NCBI GenBank assembly: GCA_002633005.1
Contig: NMRA01000075.1
Coordinates: forward strand, 948,426 to 1,012,425
Direction: 5' to 3'
From: Phoronis australis
Lineage: Eukaryota; Animalia; Phoronida
Length of the DNA stretch: 64,000 bases
Position numbers and translations under genes: made by a program. The notes below the pieces were generated by a model. That model saw only the letters and a program-made list of their open reading frames with translations, was not told the DNA's origin and did no database searches. This document shows, in pieces, positions 12,796-26,240 of the stretch. Positions within the stretch are counted from its first letter, which is position 1; each line of letters opens with the position of its first letter.

Positions 12796-13256
12796 ATTTT
12801 AACTATATATCAATAAAGCCTACAATAGTTCCATGTGATCAGTGCAATGGGCCTACATGCGCAGCCTGATACAACGTGTACCAGACTGCCTGCACTTATG
12901 TTGGAGAAAGTGGGTAAAAACTTTACATAAAGTATTGAGTAAAACTTGTTGCTGTGACTGAAAGCGTGACATACAATCAAAACTGGTAGCTGAGTATATA
13001 GCACAGTGACTAACCAATCAAAGCAAAACCACAGCTTTCTTTTAAAATTTAATGCAATCGTAATACCAAAAATTAAATGGTTATTGGTGTTCATTTTTAC
13101 TTCAACCTTGGTAGGACTGGTAGGAGCATTATCACATTTCAGATGTACGAAAAATAACTTGACCCTCCGTGGAAGTCAATAATTGATTGGTGAAAGCATT
13201 ACTGACACCATTCAGCACTTGTCATACATAACAAACCCGTGAAATGCAAAACTTAC

Positions 13257-13419
13257 CATACATAGCGAAACCGTGGAATGGTATGACGCCACTTGGTGGG
13301 TAGGTGACAGCAAACTCATCCACACCCAGCTTGCCTCTGATATAAGACTTGGCAGGACTAGCACTACTGTTCTTGAAGTGTTCTAACACATGTGTGTCAC
13401 GAGAAAATGGTAGCAGCAC
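13257..13419 (-). CDS. TBC1D19: TBC1D19 exon, VLLPFSRDTHVLEHFKNSSASPAKSYIRGKLGVDEFAVTYPPSGVIPFHGFAMY(V)
   Basis: ttggttag|GTG ... ATG|gtaagt; 163 nt. Confidence 0.96.
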
Positions 13420-13894
13420 CTAACCAACAGGTGACAGATCAACGTCAATTAATTAAATGTGAGTTGAATAGCATTTCAAACTAAGATCAAGAAACTTTGT
13501 GACAGTTAAACACACTAAACTATGAACTGCCATGCAGATAATGTGACCGAGTCTTGAAAAAATAGAACTACTTTTTATGAGAGATTGAATTATTCCTTCG
13601 CAAAGATGCAACAACTCATTGAGGAAACAACATGAAAGTGCTCTAGAGACTGACACTTGGCAAAATCAATCGATCAGACAAGAAACGTTGCCTGTAGCAT
13701 GCATACACACAAGCAATAAACTTCAAGATAAAGCAATACACTTGGCGAATTACATTTCACTACATAAAAACTAAAAACATGTATGACAGAGTAACAGACT
13801 TGTCAAAATAATTTTGCCAAGTAACAACAGTTGTCATAGCAACACATACTTGTGTTCGTCACTGGACATTCAACATTGTACACTCAAGTGATAC

Positions 13895-13957
13895 CTGATA
13901 GAGGTAGTCTTCAAACACAAAATACTGGTCATCATTTGTAGCTGTCAGCTTAACATC
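13895..13957 (-). CDS. TBC1D19: TBC1D19 exon, DVKLTATNDDQYFVFEDYLYQ
   Basis: ttttacag|GAT ... CAG|gtatca; 63 nt. Confidence 0.96.
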
Positions 13958-15364
13958 CTGTAAAACAAGTACAACAAATGAGTGTACCACTGGGATAGAA
14001 TCTCTAAAACGATCAATCGCATGAGACAGGCAAATCACTACAGTCATCACTGCAGAATGCAAAGATTGTAAATTCAAACAGTATATAAACTCATTATGTT
14101 ATGAACAGGTATTGGCTGCTTAATACCTGGTAGTAATTAATGCAATCCCTGGCAACACAGGACTTTTTATAAAGCTAAACAAGTTACTCTAGATCAAATT
14201 ACCCTAGAACAAGACACCCTAGAACAAGACACCCTAGAACAAGTTATCCTCACTTCGATAAAGTGGGGTGTGTTGTCTCATGATAACTCAAAAGACAAGT
14301 GGTCACAGATCAGTGCCCAAACTAAACCCAGGGCCACATAACAAAACTAGTGAAAATGGCAGCCCTACAATATCTAACTGTCAGATCTACCCTAACTCAG
14401 AACTCACTTCTTTTCACATCTGACGTTAGGCAAATATTACGCAAACATGATTTGCACCCACTGAAGTAGACAAAAAAGCATGCAGTCTGTTTACTGCAGA
14501 ATATCCAGCAAATTGCAAGGCACATCAAAGGTTTCATGGCACGGTCACAGATTGAAGTGAGCTAGTCGCTTTTGGCATAGGGTCAGCCGAATTCAAGGAA
14601 AACTTTTCAATTTCAAAAACAGTCTTCCAATTTTTTAAAAACAATGCCTCATGAGAGAAATTAGCAAATAGGTTTTCTTCAGCAGCACGTCTGAGCCACG
14701 CGTGTTAATTTGTGAATCGATTGGGATGGGTTAGTCCAGCACTGTCTGACTTAAGTTTAATTAGGCAATGGGGTACCATACTCCCAAATATTAGTGTAGG
14801 AGATACCTCATGAATAAAAATAATCCAAGGTCAATTTTAAGATTTCACTGCCCTAAAAATATGTCAAGTAAACTACACTGATATTTAACTGCCACTCACA
14901 CAAACTCCTGGCATATCCACCCATCGTCCAAAGACCAAAGACAGAGTAGATCACCAAGAGACATATACATTCATGATACATAACAACAACACCTAAATTT
15001 CCATAGTGGCCATGTATTCTGGCAGAAATACAATTAGACAGGGCCTTTAACCAGAACAAAAGATTAACAAATATTTTCAATGCAACAGATGTAGCAACTA
15101 CAGTGAATGAATTTGTGCATTAAAGTATCTGGCCAGACCATGTGGTGCCATCTATAGTACTAATAAAAAGTATCATCTACTTGAATGTGGTGTCTGTATG
15201 GTGCCTTAGGCAGCTCTGGTCACTATACGTTTAACTCCGGTCATAGTGACAGAGCAGGGGTGGAGGGCAGGCTGGGGACTTTTAACCCTCGAATTAGCAC
15301 CCCGGCATGGGGAGACAGCACTGACTGCGGAGAGGATATGCATATGCATAGTAGGGTGACTTAC

Positions 15365-15439
15365 CTTGAACACCAGACTATCCACCAAAAGGTCATGAAT
15401 GAGAACATAGTGTTTCAGCTGTTCATAGTACAAGTAATC
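15365..15439 (-). CDS. TBC1D19: TBC1D19 exon, DYLYYEQLKHYVLIHDLLVDSLVFK
   Basis: tgttgcag|GAT ... AAG|gtaagt; 75 nt; lies within ORF 15206..15478. Confidence 0.95.
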
Positions 15440-17319
15440 CTGCAACAATAAATAATCTTTATTATGGAAATTGTCCACAGTAAGTGACCAATTAATATCC
15501 TATCAGTTCTGTTGAAACATGTGGCAAACATGCTGTACTGAGTGGAATCTGAGTAGTGAAATTAGAGTCTGGATCCTGGCTTGACAGATTCATGAAAGTT
15601 TGAGTCTCAATTTTTATTGTTGGCATGATGTCAGCAGCATAAGTTCAGCAAACGTAACATGACATGTGATGGAATGACAACATTGTTATGTCAGTCTAAG
15701 TTAAGACTAAATTAGTTTCATGAAACCAGTCCTGTCTCTGGATAAAATGAAGAGTTAAAAAATCTGATGTCAGTAAAAATAGCCTGCAATAACAATTAAA
15801 TCTGCTCTCAATAAAATGCACGATTTTACAATCAGAACTCAATGAGACACTAGAACATGAGATGCCATGTTAATTCATTTTTGAAGATTTAAACCAATCT
15901 TTAACGTAAAACATAGTCTGACAACTCTTAGGTTAATAATTCATTTAGTTTAAAGAAATGAAAATGTCCAATTCTCCTTCCATGCACGTATTAAATCCAA
16001 CAGCTCCAAGTCAACTGTGCCAACATTTCACAAGACTTTCAATGTGTCTAACCTCAGAGAATGCAGTAGTAATTTCCACTTTATTTAAAGTGGCCATAAA
16101 TCCCCCTTCTGCCAAGAAACTATAGCTTCTAATTTAGACTAAATGCCTCAGTGTGTTCCTTACATTCTCAGAAAAGAGGTCGCTTGTGGGCTTGCACAGA
16201 ACTGACACTTCATTACTGCTTCAGACAAGGACTGACAAGTAAGCTCCTCACTGTGATGCATTATTTGGATCCAAGCATTAACTGACACATCATCCTTTCC
16301 AAAGCTCAAAATGATCAAGGAAAAGTTTGAGAACGAGTTTTATAACGGTAGTAGTCTAAACCAAGTTTCCGTTCTTTAACAGAATGTGGGTTACTAGACA
16401 TTTTGAGGTGAGTGGTGGTAACTACGGTAACCACAGGCGCACTTTATGGATAAGGACAACATTATTGAGTGACTATAAACTTTCACTTATGGGAACACAA
16501 AATAATGTTGCAAAAGTAGCAGAGTCTGGCCATCCAACTAAAGTAAACCAATCAAAACCCATTCTTGGAGACCAAATTTAGCTAAGTATCATGTTAACAT
16601 TTCAAATCCACATGTTTAAACAGTAGGTAAATTGGTGCCTTGAATTGTGTGTGACTCGATCCTGACCATTTCTGAGGTGTCTGCAAGCTGAGGTGGCAAA
16701 AGCAATGCACTGACTGTAACCAGAGCTGTGTTGAGAACAGAAACAGTGAATCCTATCCTATGTATCATCAATTTAATCCCATAATTCAACATTACAACCT
16801 CATCGACCAATCACTTCAGTGGCCGCCATATTGTGAGGTTACATTGGCAAGCTCCTCAGCCATGTATTTCAAAAACCCGAAATTTTGTAAGAATCTTTTT
16901 ACAATTATATTTTCGCTGATACACTGTGTCCTCATGCAATCAAAAAAGTGCCAGCAGGTCATGTCACCCCCTACTGGCAGACAGATGAATTAGAAGACCT
17001 TGTCATTCCAGGACTTTTTGTGAACAGGTAATTGACTGGGCATTGGACTGCATGGTACCAGAATGGTGACAAATAAAGACAAAAGACAAAGCAATACAAC
17101 ACATGCCACAACATCAGCCTGGCCATAAACAGTTTTGAGTAAACAAACCCACAAATTCATGAATAAATTTTCCAGAATCAATTCTTGGCTAAGTTGATGA
17201 TACAGTGCCGGTGACATTTTTCCTAGTAAAAATGTTCAACTAAATATCGGCATGTATACAAGCGTGCTGTTCTAAATCAGTACATTGATATTGTATAAGT
17301 TACAATCATCAGTCTTCTT

Positions 17320-18605
17320 ACATATAATATTTATTTCAGCAATAACTAGGCCTCCAGCCCTTGTTACAATCAAATCATCAAATACATTAAAGGTAAGTCA
17401 CTGTCAAACACTAGAAGTAAACCCAGTTCTTCTTCGCTTGAATGCCAAATGAACAATTGTTGACCATTATCAGATCTTTTTCCTCTATAGTCATGAGTCT
17501 GTTGAATTTTGTAACATTGGAATTGTTGTAGCTCTATGCAGACAAATACTGTTTCCTAAGGTCATCGTGGAATGGACATTCGGTAACAAAATGATATTCT
17601 GACTGGACATGTGTTCTAATACAGAGAGGGCATAACCTTTCTGTTCTGCTAAGTTTCAAGTGTCTACCCTTTTCAATCATTAGTGCATGCGCTGAACATC
17701 TTAATCTTACCATATCAGATCTAACATTTACACTGCCAATTACATCTAAATAATTTTCAAAACAAATATTAACTTAAAAGTTCTGTAAGTTTCCAGCTTA
17801 ATCGAATTGTTTAAATTTCTTGCCATTTTGCTGATCAATATCTTTGCATCTCTGTTAGTAAGAAGTGATAGGAAGCTTGTCTCGGAACCTACACCCTGAT
17901 TGTACCATGCTTCGCCAAAACCAAACCGAAATAGAAATTTCTTAACATCATTAACCCAACACGGTTTCTTAACATTTTCCGTCATATTGTACTGCCATTC
18001 AATAAGCAATGATATGTAATTTTTGACGCATCGGTTTAACCAATATTTCATAATTCTAGGAAGTCGGTAAGCAATCAAGGAGTAACGACCCATCTCACCT
18101 CTAACAGTCAATGAAATTGCCGTGCTAGGCAAATTTAAAATTTCTTTACAAAATTTTGCGTGGACTATTTCAATACATTTGCAATCACTAAAACCCCAGA
18201 TCTCACAGCCATAATGAAGTATCGGCAGTATTTTACAATCGAATAATTTCAATCTAACTTTAATAGGGAGTGCATTAAAACCATTGACATTTTTCCTCAT
18301 TAAATTCAATGCCTTAGCAGCCTGTAATGATAGAGTTTTTTGTGCGCAAGACCACAAACGTTTTCTCTTTCCGACCATTTTTGAAGTCGCTGGCACAATA
18401 TTTTTTCGAATATTTTGGCTGTGACTTGCATGAGGGAAATTCCTCTGAAATTTTCAGGAATTTTGGCACCGCCCTTAAATATCAGTACTATAATGGATTT
18501 TGTCCATTCTTTTGGAAACACATCATTTTTAAAACAGTAGTTGTATAGATGGAACAGCGAATCTACCAACTTTTTATCAGCAACCTTGAAGATGCTCTGG
18601 CCCAA
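17320..18605 (-). mobile_element. Non-LTR retrotransposon (RTE-X/L2-like) ORF2 remnant with 3' end
   Basis: RT N-terminal part FPKEWTKSIIVLIFKGG..PENFRGISL, then LFD.KILPILHYGCEIWG, GEMGRY..KYW and the C-terminal LRCSAH.L.IEKGR..ERLCPLC..EYHF..ECP zinc motif. The 3' tail is gggctggaggcc..aataaa. Confidence 0.88.
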
Positions 18606-20121
18606 AGAGCTATCGGGACAACCCAGTCAACTACACACCCAAACTGCATAACATATTGTGTATATGTATATTTAAGTGTGCTGTAAGAAGTCCGTAACAA
18701 CTGGCATAATTTGCACTGAGAATTAATGCAGGATGTATAAGTAAAGTACTGTAATATGTGAACTAGAATGATGTCATGCTTAGTATCATGCCAAGAAAGT
18801 TACAGCGTGTCTTTGAAGAAACAAGAATTCTATATTTGCCAGAATTTTGTAAGTGAAATCAAATCCAGTGCCCGGTAGCATAAATGTTATACACTGCATA
18901 GCAAAAGTTAAATTGCATAGTAATCAGACATCACCTTGATGCAACTGAATAACATTTAGCCTGCAGGTACATTTTTATGTTTTATGCAAGCCATCCACAT
19001 GTAGGGTACCTTTACACATGGCCACAACACAGTAGCAGTGTCTCAGATAATGTGTTTTGTGTTACAGTTTCCCGTTTGATTTCAAGTAGTGATAAGCACC
19101 GAGTGGAGTGTGCCTAAGAGTTCGCTAACTTTAACTTCTGCATTTTTATCATATAATCAACAAACCAGGTACATACAACTTTTAAAAGTGACCTTAACCC
19201 TTGTGAAGTGAGTTCAGTGACTAAGCAAAAAGAAATGCATATATTATCAGGTACATCCCATTTAGAGTAAAAGGCAAAATTGCCTTAAAAGTCTTGTTGT
19301 CATTTATAAATTATACATGCATAAAATACTAAAGGAACAACAGAATAAAGAATGTCAAAATGTACATCCATGTAATTGGCCGTCAAGACAATATCTATAT
19401 TAACCATTATACAAAACGTATAAAACGCCTGCAAATTCATTAAAACTAAGATAACATTTGCATTACTTTACCCACTACATATAATGCTTTTTGGCACTTT
19501 CTAAGCTTAACTGCAGTTATTGTACAGAATACATTTTGTAATAAACATTTTTTTAAAAGTCTTTTTCACCTGTATTCTGAAATGTCTAATAGATGTACTT
19601 GCATGTATGAAGTTTATCACACCACTAATTTGTGTCCAAATGAGCTGGCAATGCATACAATCACCACTTTCAAATTCAGAGTTTTTAGGGTGGCTAACTG
19701 CAACTAAATCTGAGAATTGATATGCTATAATAGCATTATTTGGGAATTTTTTAAAAGCCTGGCATTAAAATTCATATTAACTATGTATCTGTTTTGTGTG
19801 TTATATCCAAAGATTCCTTTTATCTATACCTATTATGCATTTATGTTTGTAAGATCTAAAACTTTGCTAAATGCATAACTCAACAGAAGCAAATTGTCTC
19901 AATATACCGTACTCGCCCGGGTTTCCATCCAGGGTGCTTAAATTTGGGAACTCAAAATTTGAATGGAGGGTGGCTACTAAGCTGCATATGGGTGCCTTAA
20001 AAACAATTTTTTGAGAAGTCAGGGTGGGCACTTAACAGAATACAGTCACATGGCTAAACTCTTCAGTTGGCGAATCTTTAAAATATTAACTTACATCGTA
20101 AATATTTATAAGGCAGGTCAG

Positions 20122-20177
20122 TCAGCACGCCACCTGTTGGCCACATCACGTGATGTGGCCAACAGGTGGCGTGCTGA
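20122..20177. repeat. Perfect 56-bp palindrome
   Basis: tcagcacgccacctgttggccacatcac|gtgatgtggccaacaggtggcgtgctga; the arms are exact reverse complements. Confidence 0.95.
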
Positions 20178-20230
20178 TCTACATTACTTAATAAGGCCGC
20201 TTTAAGATACATTTTACATTAACTTACATG

Positions 20231-21569
20231 TAGTATTTTAGCTGGCCAAGTGCAACTCACACAAACTTTTCATTGTTTTTGCACACTGATACAACCAAAT
20301 GAAGCAACTTAATAATATTGAGTACCGCAGTAATTAGAATAGGCAATTAGTTAAAGGAAGCATCCATGTTTCCTTCAATAAAGATCAGGAGAGTACAGAT
20401 ATTTTCTACAGCCCCAACAAGGTAATGCAATGAAACTGACCAATCATAACTCAAAAGTAAAGAGTTGCGTTACTGACTGATTGGGACCTAAAACTTAGAT
20501 GAGACGGTGTACCAGGGGGCACTTCTAAAGATGTATTTGCATACATGCTCCTATGCAAATGTATGCAGTAAAACGGCAATGCTATCTGAACATCTATGCT
20601 AAGAAGTGCAGTTGTATTCACTGACAACTTGTAAATGTGAAAACAAAAAAATATCTGCAAATAAGTGACATTTGGAGTAATGATGTACCTAATGGGGGCT
20701 CACATAGCCTGCATCATGCTGTGTTATTCCCCCACACCATGTCACCATGCTTACTGGATATGGTTGAGGAGTTTACGGCAGATGATTTTCGACAAAAAAC
20801 ATTTGGCAATTTTCAACCTAGTTGATATTTATCCTTGCTATAAGNCCGATTTCTTGAAAGTTCACGTTTAAGCGCCCATGTCTGGTTAACCGCCCACCCC
20901 CGATTTTTTGGGTTCGCCAATTTAACCGCCCAGGACGTTAACCCGAACGATTACGGTAGTATTTTAGCAGGCCAAGTGCACCTCACACAAACTTCATTGC
21001 TTCTGCACACTCATACAACCGAATGAAGCAACTTAATAATATTGAGTACCGCAGTAATTAGAATGAGCAATTAGTTAAAGGAAGCATCCATGTTTCCTTC
21101 AATAAAGATCAGGAGAGTACAGATATTTTCTACAGCCCCAACAAGGTAATGCATTGAAACTGACCAATCGTAGCTCAAAAGTAAAGAGTTGCGTTACTGA
21201 CTGATTGGGACCTAAAACTTAGATGAGACGGTGTACCAGAGGGGCACTTCTAAAGATGTATTTGCATACATGCTCTTATGCAAATGTATGCAGTAAAACG
21301 GCAATGCTATCTGAACATCTATGCTAAGAAGTGCAGTTGTATTCACGGACAACTTGTAAATGTGAAAACAAAAAAATATCTGCAAATAAGTGACATTTGG
21401 AGTAATGATGTACCTAATGGGGGCTCACATAGCCAGCATCATGCTGTGTTATTCCCCCACACCATGTCACCATGCTTACTGGATATGGTTGAGGAGTTTA
21501 CGGCAGATGATTTTCAACAAAAAACATTTGGCAATTTTCAACCTAGTTGATATTTATGGTTGCTATAAG
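20231..21569. repeat. Near-identical duplication of about 610 bp across the single N at 20845 (probable haplotype/assembly overlap)
   Basis: 20231-20844 is nearly identical to 20957-21569. The sequence also belongs to a dispersed repeat with an inverted copy at about 60245-60620. Confidence 0.8.
20846..20956 (-). mobile_element. Terminal fragment of a TA-targeting pogo-like element
   Basis: Reverse complement of the TIR at 46361 (ccgtaatcgttcgggt..aacg.cc); ends ttacgg|TA. Confidence 0.75.
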
Positions 21570-24500
21570 TTGTGTCTCACAGAGATAAGGAATGTTGTGT
21601 TTCACAGAGATAAGGAAACAGTGTGCAAGTTCCACTTCAAGGAAGTCTTGGTATCAAACAAACAACAGAGAACGGAGATGGGAGATTGAGCAAGTGTTAA
21701 CTTTTGGGGGTGGTGGTGCTAAAGGGAGCCTGGGTGTTAAACAGTAGGAGCATGGTACAGGCATCACTGTTTGAACTATATTTAAATTGCTTTGAATTGT
21801 TGTTATTAGTAATGGGCTCCACTGAGTAATATCTTGTATAACATTTAGAGGTATCCCTTATGTCAGAGCACTTACTACAAAGGATGGTTTTACAAGATCA
21901 CATTTAACTCATAAACATCTGAAATGTTGAGACAGCCATTAGGTTTTAGTTAGTAACAATACACCAGGTTTGCCCATGTGAAACTGGCTATTACATCAGT
22001 CAACTCCCATAGACAGACTATAATATTCACAAACCATGTACAAACACAAGCCTATCCACTTACAACACTCACCACGGCTTTGTCTAACTTAGGTAACTGG
22101 AGCAAAAGAAATTCTGTAACAGTGTAACTGATAATAACATCAGAAATCAACAACCTTCTGCCAGACAAATGACTTAATGACATCAGTGGTTTTCAAAGAA
22201 GAAAATCACATTAAAGTCATCTCGCTCTACAGGGGATGAATTAAAGCGTCAACCATTTGTTGCCCTGAAATTCCATGGATAATTTTTATTTAAAATGGGA
22301 TAGACAAAAATGTGTCAGCATTAGAGCAATTCCTAATGAAACAAATGAAGTGAATATGTGATAGCAGTTTCACTCAGCTAGCTTGTATGAAGAACATACT
22401 ATTAGATAATAACTGTACATGTTTCTGTATCCTCCAAAACGATCCACACAATGAACACCTTCATGATCTGAATGTAGCATAGACTATAAGCAGCTTGAAC
22501 AGACTGCTGGGTTTGCAGTTGGAAAATATTTTGGGACTGCATAATTAATCCACAGGACAGTATAAATTGCTGCCTTTCCCACTAAGACCAGACTAAAAAA
22601 CACAAGAATTAAGCTGCGCCCCAAAAGTGTTTTCTGGTCAGAGCGACTTAAACGTGAGTTCATTACCGCGGTAATGTATCAATAATCAATTCTTTTTTCT
22701 ATCCCTTAGAAACTTGCCCCGTCTCACAGGACCTTGTACTTGGTCAACAGATTTGTACAAATCCTGCTGTAATCAAAAGGACTGCAAATTACCAGAGAAT
22801 CTGATCTAAAGTCAATTACTAAATGGTGTTCCCATGTCTTATTAAGAAACCCCTGAAAATAATACACAGGAGTTATTCCGCAAAAGGTCGTGTCTCCAAA
22901 AGATTCATGAATACCAGAAAGCTACTTGCAATCTCATCGTTTCTATCTGTTCTAACGAACCACCTCTACGTACATAACTGAACCACATTTCTCCACATGC
23001 TACAGCAATGTTGCCCCTATTGGCAGACACTAACACTACAGAGACAGCAAAGTATAACACCAGCAGCAGCACTAGTGGTTTCATGATGCAAATAAGACTG
23101 GAATTTTAATTGAATCAACAAACCACATAGGTCATGAATTATTTTTCTCACTATTTATCCACTGAATTTAGCTGGAACATATAATCTGGGCAAATTAGTG
23201 TCACAACGAAAGAAAAGACTGAAAATTTACGTGAAAAATAATGTGGATTATATCCATCAATTTTCATGAGTATAGCACCATAATCATCTGGATTAGACCA
23301 ATTACTATGTAATAGGGAAAGCTTCATGGCAATAAAATACATGGTAAAGTAAATTATATCATAAACTAAAACTAGTGATTTTTGAACACATGTTGTGAAC
23401 ATACCCTTAAAGCAAGATTCCTTATCACTACTGTCTGCATCAAAGTAATCACAAGGTAGCACTGATACATAAGGTGATGATTGAGGAGCCTTAAGAGAAA
23501 TGGCTGTTTTTCACCTGTACACGTTAAGATTTTTTAGTGGGACACATTGAGAGCATTGGTATCAAATTTAAAATTCTTTAAGTCAGTAAATAAGGACGTT
23601 TAAATCCAGGTACTAACCCTTTAGAGCAAAAGACCTTGAAGGTGTCTAACTCAAATGGTTCCATTTCAACTATGAGCATGGTAATCATTTTATAAATGTT
23701 ACAGTTGTGACCAAATAAATTGTAGAACACACAGGCTATTTAGTTGAAGACAGCCACCATTAAGGAATGTATAGGGAGCAGAGGAAGTCAATTGATAATT
23801 AAAATGACAAAGTGTAACAACTGTTTTTAATGAGCAACCATCCTATAGGCTTCATTAACACACCTTCACCCAGCTATAAATATACAGATACCTAGGGTTT
23901 AGCAATAGTAAGCTGCACCAACCTAATATATCTGCCATGTTGATTACCATTGTTATGAATGTGTTCACCAGAATGAACATGAACTGACCAACATCAAGAT
24001 GCTACAGTCTTGTGAACTGGCCAAGTACAACTTATAGGATACTCAACAATTCAAATCTATTTTCAGCATGAGATCAGGCTGCATTCAATCTTGAGTGAAG
24101 GGCACAGTCATCATAGTATGTTTTGTCCTAGAAGAACTACACAATATTCATTTACACAAATTGCTTACACACAAAGGCAGTTTCTATTTGATGGACAGAG
24201 ACCCATGTTCATCAACACTTACCAATCTATGTAAACACTTGTTTTTGACAAGAATTTGAATTATGCAAAGGGGTCATGGGACAACATATCAGCTAATTAA
24301 CATACTTCACCAGAAATACCAAATAATACTACTTCCCAAATGGACTACATTATAAGTAGTAATTAATTAACTGTAAATACAGCATAATGTTGCAACAATG
24401 AGTCAACAAGTAGTGGTTGACAGTATAAATATTGCGTTTTTCCATAGCTCAGCTTTTTTCTCTGAACAATGTCAATCTGGGGCCTTTAAGGATGTAATAT

Positions 24501-25794
24501 CTACCGTACATACCTATTTGATAGTTTATTTGAGATGCGTCATGAAAATGGTCAATTTCTAGTCAATATTTTAGTATGTAGATTAACTAGACCAGGGTTC
24601 TTGACTGTGTCCTTCACATTTATCCTCCTTTTTGGAATGCTCTGATAACAAACTTAATTGCCTCATTCATACACTGTTCAAATTCATCCAAAATGGTCTT
24701 ACTCACACTGTGGTATTAGTTTGTAACTTGGCATGTGAGCTTCAATCAATGGAGAATAACATGTGCAACAGGGAGACATCAATCTTGTTTATTTGCTGTG
24801 TGTTGGCAGCATTGCAAGGCTGAGTTAACTTTGTAAGACAATTTTTAAAAATCTTATCAAAAAATCTCTCAGTTATTGATGACATAATTCCACTTATCAG
24901 TGCCACTGTAATTGCCTACATTGACTAGAAGTGCAAGTAGTGAATAGTTTGCAAGAAGATTAATAGGGTGAAACCAGATGTCAGTATTTTACTGATATGC
25001 AAAAGTACACTGGGTCAAGTGGAAACGTGTACAACATGAGGACTCCTGAATATACAACTTTTTGTTAGTATGGATAACTACTAGCCACAACAAAAATGTA
25101 GTTATCAATTAAAAAATCCATAGTTCCTCACTCAGCATTATAACACAGTATTATTCAGTTCTGAAGCCATGGGATGTCTTACCACAAGCATTAAGTGCTC
25201 GCTATATAGCCATGAGGTATATAGCTGGGCATTCAAGGTAGAAGCAAATCAATACCCTGAGAAATTTACTAGCCCAGCCAAAGCACAAAATAACTGACTC
25301 TAAAAATGTGGTGCAATCTACAAAATCAATTACCCATAAAGCCCAGTCTGTCTGTTGGAATCTACACACTAATAAGAGTTAAGGAACAAAATAAGTGAAC
25401 TCTTATAGCAGTGAAAGACCATAATGTGTTTCACCTTTTCACAATATTTCCTAGACTGTAATAATGTCAGAGACAATAAATATTGGAGTAGAAAAATCTA
25501 GGAGGCAGTTGAGATTACATGGGGAATACCCTCCTTTACCAGTGGTCTGAGATATGACCAACCATACTATTCACACTTTAGTTACCCATGGTAGCCAACA
25601 AGTGACTCATCTGGGTACCACATGACAGGAGGGGACGGGCGGAGAAATTTTTCATTGACGCTGAAGGAGCAAAGAAGGGTCCAGATACTAAGTCAACCAT
25701 TCTATCACTCAACACATGATGGGAGGGGACGGACAAATTTTTCATTGAAGCTGAATACGGAGATGAAAAGGGCTCAAACACTATGTCAACCATC

Positions 25795-26240
25795 AAGGTA
25801 CCTAAGCTACACGGTCAACGGACTCATAAACACGGGCACGGATGTATGAACACGACTCACGGACCTGCAAACACCATCCACTGACTCACAAACACGGGAA
25901 CGGACTCACAAAACACGATCCGCGCACCCTAATACACGGGACACGGACTCAAATTCACAAGGAAACACGGTTAACGGACCGCCAAACACGGGTCACGGAC
26001 TCATCGGCTTCCTGGGTCAGCCGACATCTACATTTGGTCGTTAAACCATGTTTGGCAGTCCGTTAACCATCTTTCCTCGGGAATATGAGTCCGTGTATTT
26101 GGGTGTGTGGATCGTGTTTTATGAGTTCGTTCCCATGTTTGTGAGTCAGTGGACGGTGTTTGCAGGTCCATTAGTCATGTTCATGCTTCCGTGGGCTGTG
26201 TTTATGAGTCCGTTAACCGTGTAGTTTAGGTACCTTGACC
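25795..26240. mobile_element. MITE/foldback element with long terminal inverted repeats
   Basis: caaggtacctaagctacacggtcaacggactcataaacac ... gtgtttatgagtccgttaaccgtgtagtttaggtaccttg; internal cacggactca subrepeats. Confidence 0.8.

Noticed and set aside
20637-21689. Repeated ORFs also echoed at 60278-60466, suggesting a small gene family
   Set aside because: The similarity reflects a dispersed non-coding repeat plus an assembly duplication; the frames are not consistently conserved.
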